The translations under genes and the position numbers were made by a program. DNA of 48,273 bases from Parcubacteria group bacterium GW2011_GWA2_47_7 (GTDB lineage: Bacteria; Patescibacteriota; Minisyncoccia; Phycocordibacterales; UBA6899): NCBI GenBank assembly GCA_000999395.1, contig LCOM01000001.1, positions 1 through 48,273 of the forward strand. The letters run 5' to 3'. Shown here piece after piece: positions 44,635 through 48,273 of the stretch. The stretch's first letter is position 1, and the number at the start of each line of letters is the position of its first letter. The notes beneath the pieces are model-generated. The model was given only the letters and a program-made list of their open reading frames with translations, did not search any database and was not told where the DNA came from.

Positions 44635-45183
44635 TTACCTTACCACCATAACAAAACGACCCTTCTCATTATCATAGCTAACGTGAATTTGCGTCACCTG
44701 CTGCTCTGTCGCCCTAAGTATGAATTTCAAAAAACTTTTTATATTTACTAAATAAAGGTATTGGGTGTGTGCTCGGTCTGAACAAACAAAAACATTTGTT
44801 AATTTTCTTCGGGTATTTGCGGTCGCTTGAAATACAAATGAATGCATAAATTGATTCAGAATGTCCCTTAGGCGCATTTTTACTCTGGTGGGTTTATCTA
44901 AGGAATATAATTTTTCAAAATCAAAAAACGCCCCCCTTCTTTTGGCGTTCCTTGGGAACCGAGTAATCCCTATTTCCATGTCCAAAACCGAATCAGGAAG
45001 CTTTTTGGTTTCAATTAGCTTCCTTGTCGAGAAGGATATCATGAATAGTTTGATTTCTACTTTCGAAAAAACTTCATCAAGCCTAGTATCAGTAAGGGGT
45101 GACAAGCTGGTGTCCAGCAGTTTTCTGATAGAGGTTATCTCCTTTCTTATATCACGCTTAAAATAGTGGGATTCAAATGCCAT
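44635..45183 (-). CDS. hypothetical protein (182 aa), convergent with the operon
   Basis: Track ORF. Its stop lies 4 nt from the Toprim gene stop. No family recognised. Confidence 0.5.
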   Translation of the reverse strand: MAFESHYFKRDIRKEITSIRKLLDTSLSPLTDTRLDEVFSKVEIKLFMISFSTRKLIETKKLPDSVLDMEIGITRFPRNAKRRGAFFDFEKLYSLDKPTRVKMRLRDILNQFMHSFVFQATANTRRKLTNVFVCSDRAHTQYLYLVNIKSFLKFILRATEQQVTQIHVSYDNEKGRFVMVVR

Positions 45184-45524
45184 CGAATAAGTATAGCAAG
45201 ATTCTCAAGGGGTACGTGCAAGCCTATTTCCAATTAATGGTTTTTTCGGCGATTGCCTTTGTGAGTCTAAAGCGCAGCTTGCCTGAGTGTTTTGCGGCCT
45301 TGTTGCCACCAATTAGACTAAAAAGAAATTTGAGCAAGAAGTTAACCACGCTCCCAAAGAGTTGATTGAAAAGAGGCGAACGTCCGTTTTTGTGGTACTC
45401 AGATTCATTTCGGCTAGGCATGCAAATGAAAACCGAGTCTTGGTTAAAAGGTAGCAAAGCTCTTGTTCTGGGCTAATAAAGCATTTCGGACATCGTCCCA
45501 CCCTCTGCACAGTAACAAAACCGT

Positions 45525-45549
45525 GCACCTCGCAAGAGGTGCCGTTTTT
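45525..45549 (+). terminator. orphan rho-independent terminator
   Basis: GCACCTC-GCAA-GAGGTGC followed by CGTTTTTG. No credible plus-strand CDS upstream. Confidence 0.5.
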
Positions 45550-45564
45550 GTCTGTGCGTGGGGA

Positions 45565-45586
45565 GAAAAGCCCCTGCGGGCTTTTC
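45565..45586. other. 9-bp hairpin GAAAAGCCC-CTGC-GGGCTTTTC
   Basis: Read directly. Symmetric A/T-flanked stem that could terminate in either direction. Confidence 0.4.
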
Positions 45587-45651
45587 GACAAGATTCGAAA
45601 GGGATTTCGTTATTGAGTCTGCGAAATCGAAATCCACCCGCGGCGGTAGCC

Positions 45652-45805
45652 GAGAATCCTGCCCACTATTTCTAAATATTTCGGAAAGGGATACTGCTTC
45701 TGTAAGGAGAGAAATTCCTGCCCTCAGAATTCGAAGAAGTTGAGTATATTTCGTCGGCGAAATACGAAACCTGTACCGTCCATGTAATGGAAGAAACTCC
45801 TGCCT
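45652..45805 (+). repeat. three degenerate direct copies of the tRNA-Tyr T-arm/3' end (att-like remnants)
   Basis: gaGAATCCTGCCCac (45652-45666), aaATTCCTGCCCTca (45712-45726), aaACTCCTGCCtt (45794-45806), compared with tRNA cGAATCCTGCCCTac (36307-36321). Each is preceded 50-80 nt upstream by a TTCG(G)AA(A)G motif. Confidence 0.5.
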
Positions 45806-45861
45806 TTTCGATATGTATGCAGGAAGAAGCAAGCTGCCTAAAATTCGGAGATATTTTTGTG

Positions 45862-45894
45862 TAAAAAAACCGCCATTCAAAAGTTGGGGCGGCT
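45862..45894 (-). terminator. terminator of the 58-aa minus-strand ORF
   Basis: Minus strand GCCGCC-(13 nt)-GGCGGT followed by TTTTTTT. Confidence 0.5.
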
Positions 45895-45921
45895 TGTCTA
45901 TGCTCAAAAAATTTGAGCGAC

Positions 45922-46098
45922 TTAACGTGGAGCGCGTTGCATCCTCCGTTTTTCATCAGCTACGGCTTCTTCTACTTCCTTAATGGCCTTGCGCATTTTT
46001 TCCAACCTCTTGAGCTCAAACTCACTAAGTGGCTCTATTTTTGATTCAAGCAACGAGATGGCCCTGAGGTATGCAAACGTGGTGGTAACATCGATCAT
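45922..46098 (-). CDS. small hypothetical protein (58 aa), not in the ORF track
   Basis: Hand translation: MIDVTTTFAYLRAISLLESKIEPLSEFELKRLEKMRKAIKEVEEAVADEKRRMQRAPR. AGGAGG lies 5 nt upstream of the ATG, and a terminator lies downstream. Confidence 0.55.
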   Translation of the reverse strand: MIDVTTTFAYLRAISLLESKIEPLSEFELKRLEKMRKAIKEVEEAVADEKRRMQRAPR

Positions 46099-46258
46099 AT
46101 CAGCCTCCTGTAAAACAGACTGTTTAAACGATACATCACTCCAAGGATTTTGTCAATAACACCCCATCGCTGTCGGATCAAATTTTCTTTATGTTTATTA
46201 TTATTGACATGGAATTGTCTTGGTGTAGCATATTGAAAGACATATAAAGGAGTTCGTG

Positions 46259-46375
46259 ATGTTCAAAAATCGTAAAGGTTTGATGAAGCTTACTGGGGGC
46301 ATAATCGCCATATTTGTCGCTTCTTATATCTTGGGATACATGCTCACAATGAGCTTAGTACACATGCGCTTCTAA
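46259..46375 (+). CDS. small hydrophobic protein (38 aa), not in the ORF track
   Basis: MFKNRKGLMKLTGGIIAIFVASYILGYMLTMSLVHMRF. AAAGGAG SD, TTGACA box at 46204-46209, terminator downstream. Confidence 0.45.
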   Translation: MFKNRKGLMKLTGGIIAIFVASYILGYMLTMSLVHMRF

Positions 46376-46393
46376 ATCAGCACTTTGAAGATT

Positions 46394-46418
46394 CCGCCAT
46401 TAAGGCGGATTTTATTTT
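46394..46418 (+). terminator. rho-independent terminator
   Basis: CCGCC-ATTAA-GGCGG followed by ATTTTATTTT. Confidence 0.6.
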
Positions 46419-46481
46419 ACAAAATATTACAAAGTTGAACCCACGGAATAAATCCGTAAAACTCTGTCTTAAATTTATATT

Positions 46482-47939
46482 TTACTTTGGTCGCATCAGA
46501 GGGAAGAGCTGTGCTTCGCGGATCGGTTTGTTCGCGAGGAATGAAAAGACTCGTTCAGATAAACCAAAACCACAAGTGGGCGGCATGCCATGCTCAAGCG
46601 CTTCGACAAATTCATGGTCGAACATCTGCGCTTCATCATCCCCAGCATCACGCATATTTTGTTGTGCCTGAAAGCGCCGCGCTTGGTCGATTGGATCATT
46701 CAGCTCACTGTACCCCTTCCCCAATTCGCTTCCCGCGATAATCGGCTGAAATTGCTCGACGGTCTTTCCATCTTTTGAAAGCTTTGCGAGCGGCGACATT
46801 TCTACGGGCATGTTTATAAGAAAACCGGGGCCCGCAATCTTTTTGCGACAATACTTCCAGAGCGTATCGATGGCGCGAATACGGTTCCATCCTTTTTTGT
46901 CATATTCGACTTTCAAATGCCTCAGCGCTTCTTCGATATCAGAAAGCGTTGCGGACTCGATGTCAGTATCGGTAAATTCCTTGATGGTTGCGCGGTAATC
47001 ATAGTGTTCCCATTTTTTTGCAAGATCTACTTCGAAATTTCCTATCGTAAATTGAAGAGTGCCAAATGTTTCCTGAGCAACCTGTTTGTACATGCGTTCG
47101 ACAAGCTCCATGCCGTCTTCGTAGTTTGCATAGCCCCAGTAGAATTCGAGTTGTGTGTAGTCTTGTGCATGCTCGGGACTGATACCCTCATTACGAAAAA
47201 TTCGCCCTATCTCGAAGACCTTGTTATAGCCCGCGACCATAAGGCGCTTCTGCCAAAGTTCGCCACACGAGATACGGAGGAACACATCTATATCGAGCGC
47301 ATTGTGATGCGTCTTAAAAGGTCGTGCGTCTGCTCCGCCCGTCGTATTCTCGAGAAGCGGGGTCTCTACCTCTAGAAATCCCTCAGCAATCATAAATGAT
47401 CGGATTGAGTTCCAAAATTTTGATTTCTTTACAAAAAGATCACGAAGCTCCGGGTCGAGCATAATGTCGAGATAGCGCTTGCGAAGCTTCACATCCTCAT
47501 CCTCCAGTCCGTGCCACTTCTCGGGAAGCGGAAGGAGAGATTTCGCCCCCATCACCCACATTTTTGCCATGATGCTTTCTTCTCCCCGCTGTGTCGTAAA
47601 GAGTTCCCCTGTCACGGAAATGAAATCACCCACGTCGATGACCGAGCCGAAAAAAGCCATCTCATCATCGCCGATAACGTCCTTCTTAAAAACGACCTGG
47701 AATTTCTCCGTACCGTCATTCAACACAACGAACTGGATCGCACCCTGTCCACGCACAGCCATCACGCGACCAGAAAGCGCGATGTCCTGCTTCGCCTCCG
47801 TAAGCTCAGCAAAATACTCTCGTACATAGTGCAACGAGTGATCTCGAGGAATTTTGTTCGGATAAGGATCGCGACCAGCTGCCTTCAAAAGTGAAAGCTT
47901 CTTCAGTCGTTCTGTTCTGATTTCCTCTATTCCTGCCAT
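46482..47939 (-). CDS. lysS: lysine--tRNA ligase (class II)
   Basis: OB-fold N-domain, motif 2 'FRNEGISPEHAQDYTQLEFY', motif 3 'PPTCGFGLSERV'. Start set at ATG 47939 (MAGIEEIRTERL). Confidence 0.94.
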   Translation of the reverse strand: MAGIEEIRTERLKKLSLLKAAGRDPYPNKIPRDHSLHYVREYFAELTEAKQDIALSGRVMAVRGQGAIQFVVLNDGTEKFQVVFKKDVIGDDEMAFFGSVIDVGDFISVTGELFTTQRGEESIMAKMWVMGAKSLLPLPEKWHGLEDEDVKLRKRYLDIMLDPELRDLFVKKSKFWNSIRSFMIAEGFLEVETPLLENTTGGADARPFKTHHNALDIDVFLRISCGELWQKRLMVAGYNKVFEIGRIFRNEGISPEHAQDYTQLEFYWGYANYEDGMELVERMYKQVAQETFGTLQFTIGNFEVDLAKKWEHYDYRATIKEFTDTDIESATLSDIEEALRHLKVEYDKKGWNRIRAIDTLWKYCRKKIAGPGFLINMPVEMSPLAKLSKDGKTVEQFQPIIAGSELGKGYSELNDPIDQARRFQAQQNMRDAGDDEAQMFDHEFVEALEHGMPPTCGFGLSERVFSFLANKPIREAQLFPLMRPK

Positions 47940-47944
47940 GACGA

Positions 47945-48273
47945 TTATTTGATCTCGAGAATTTGACAATGCTCTTCTCCGCGAGGAGATACGCATTTGA
48001 AATCTTCGCCTTTTCGTTTTCCCATCATTGATTCTCCCAATGGTGATTTATTTGAAATTTTCCCTTGCAAAATATCCGACTCTTCTGAGCCAACGATTGT
48101 ATAGGTCTTGGATTCTTTTCCGCGCATGACGGTAACGATAGAACCTATTCCGACAAAGTCCGTTTTGTGTCTTCCGCCAGTAATGACCGCATTCTTGAGT
48201 ATCTCTTCAACGATTGCGATGCGCTCCTCAACTCCCGCCTGTGCTTCGCGCGCAGAATGATATTCCGCATTCT
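47945..48273 (-). CDS. greA: transcription elongation factor GreA (5' end outside the window)
   Basis: C-terminal domain 'YTIVGSEESDILQGKISNKSPLGESMMGKRKGEDF...ILEIK'. The frame stays open to the window edge. Confidence 0.8.
   Translation of the reverse strand, partial: NAEYHSAREAQAGVEERIAIVEEILKNAVITGGRHKTDFVGIGSIVTVMRGKESKTYTIVGSEESDILQGKISNKSPLGESMMGKRKGEDFKCVSPRGEEHCQILEIK

Larger units (their letters stand above)
36289..45667. mobile_element. ~9.4-kb integrative genomic island at the 3' end of tRNA-Tyr (serine-recombinase type), carrying a defence-like operon
   Basis: Large serine recombinase abuts and overlaps tRNA-Tyr. All cargo is accessory or hypothetical. tRNA 3'-end-like repeats occur at 45652-45805. 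Core genes (ABC, alr upstream; lysS, greA downstream) flank it. No phage structural or conjugation genes. Confidence 0.6.

Noticed and set aside
45177-45457. ORFs 45177..45365 (plus strand, 62 aa) and 45224..45457 (minus strand, 77 aa)
   Set aside because: They overlap each other. The plus-strand one also overlaps the 5' end of gene 44635..45183 head-to-head. There are no SDs and no recognisable domains, so support is insufficient.
36289-45667. Prophage or conjugative element
   Set aside because: No capsid, tail, terminase, portal, lysis, relaxase or type IV secretion genes are present. At 9.4 kb with one integrase, it fits a small integrative island or a satellite-like remnant.
45473-45907. 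144-aa minus-strand ORF across the att-like repeats
   Set aside because: It starts inside the terminator of the 58-aa gene, spans the tRNA-like repeats and two hairpins, is Arg/Leu/Ser-rich and has no SD. It is probably a chance ORF.
1-48273. CRISPR arrays, rRNA genes, IS/transposase genes
   Set aside because: No regularly spaced direct repeats were seen. No rRNA-like conserved blocks were seen. No DDE/transposase-like ORF is present in the track. The only recombinase is the serine integrase at 36289..37989.

Overview
48.3-kb low-GC bacterial chromosome segment. It reads cleanly in the standard code 11, and about 90% of genes are on the minus strand with many 1-nt gaps or ATGA-type overlaps. 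The compact gene set (GH57/GH15 glycogen genes, truncated UvrC, leaderless-looking promoters) resembles a small-genome uncultivated lineage such as Patescibacteria/CPR, but that is inference only.

Core content:
- Nucleotide-excision repair: uvrC, uvrA, uvrB.
- Housekeeping: ddl, gdhA, tgt, thyA-folA, rpiB, gap, alr, an ABC-2 exporter pair, lysS, and greA (partial at the window end).
- A glycogen/glycolysis cluster: GT4/5 synthase, GH57, GH15, pgi, ROK glucokinase.
- Three two-component modules: one carrying a methyltransferase/N-acyl-amino-acid-synthase fusion, one FIST-linked and fused to gdhA expression, and one decayed hybrid kinase.
- RNA genes: tRNA-Ala(CGC), tRNA-Ala(UGC), tRNA-Tyr(GUA), plus a 134-nt tRNA-Ala-derived tRNA-like element and a GC-rich structured spacer.

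Accessory content, and the most interesting part:
- A ~9.4-kb island sits at the 3' end of tRNA-Tyr (about 36.3-45.7 kb). It is bounded by a large serine recombinase whose ORF reads into the tRNA, and by three degenerate copies of the tRNA 3' end on the far side.
- The island carries a tight plus-strand operon: two zinc-ribbon paralogues, a PD-(D/E)xK nuclease now split over two frames, an AbiV-like HEPN protein, and an ATPase-less HEPN/Toprim-N + Toprim protein.
- I read this operon as a candidate undescribed multi-nuclease defence system.

No CRISPR array, rRNA or transposase was seen.
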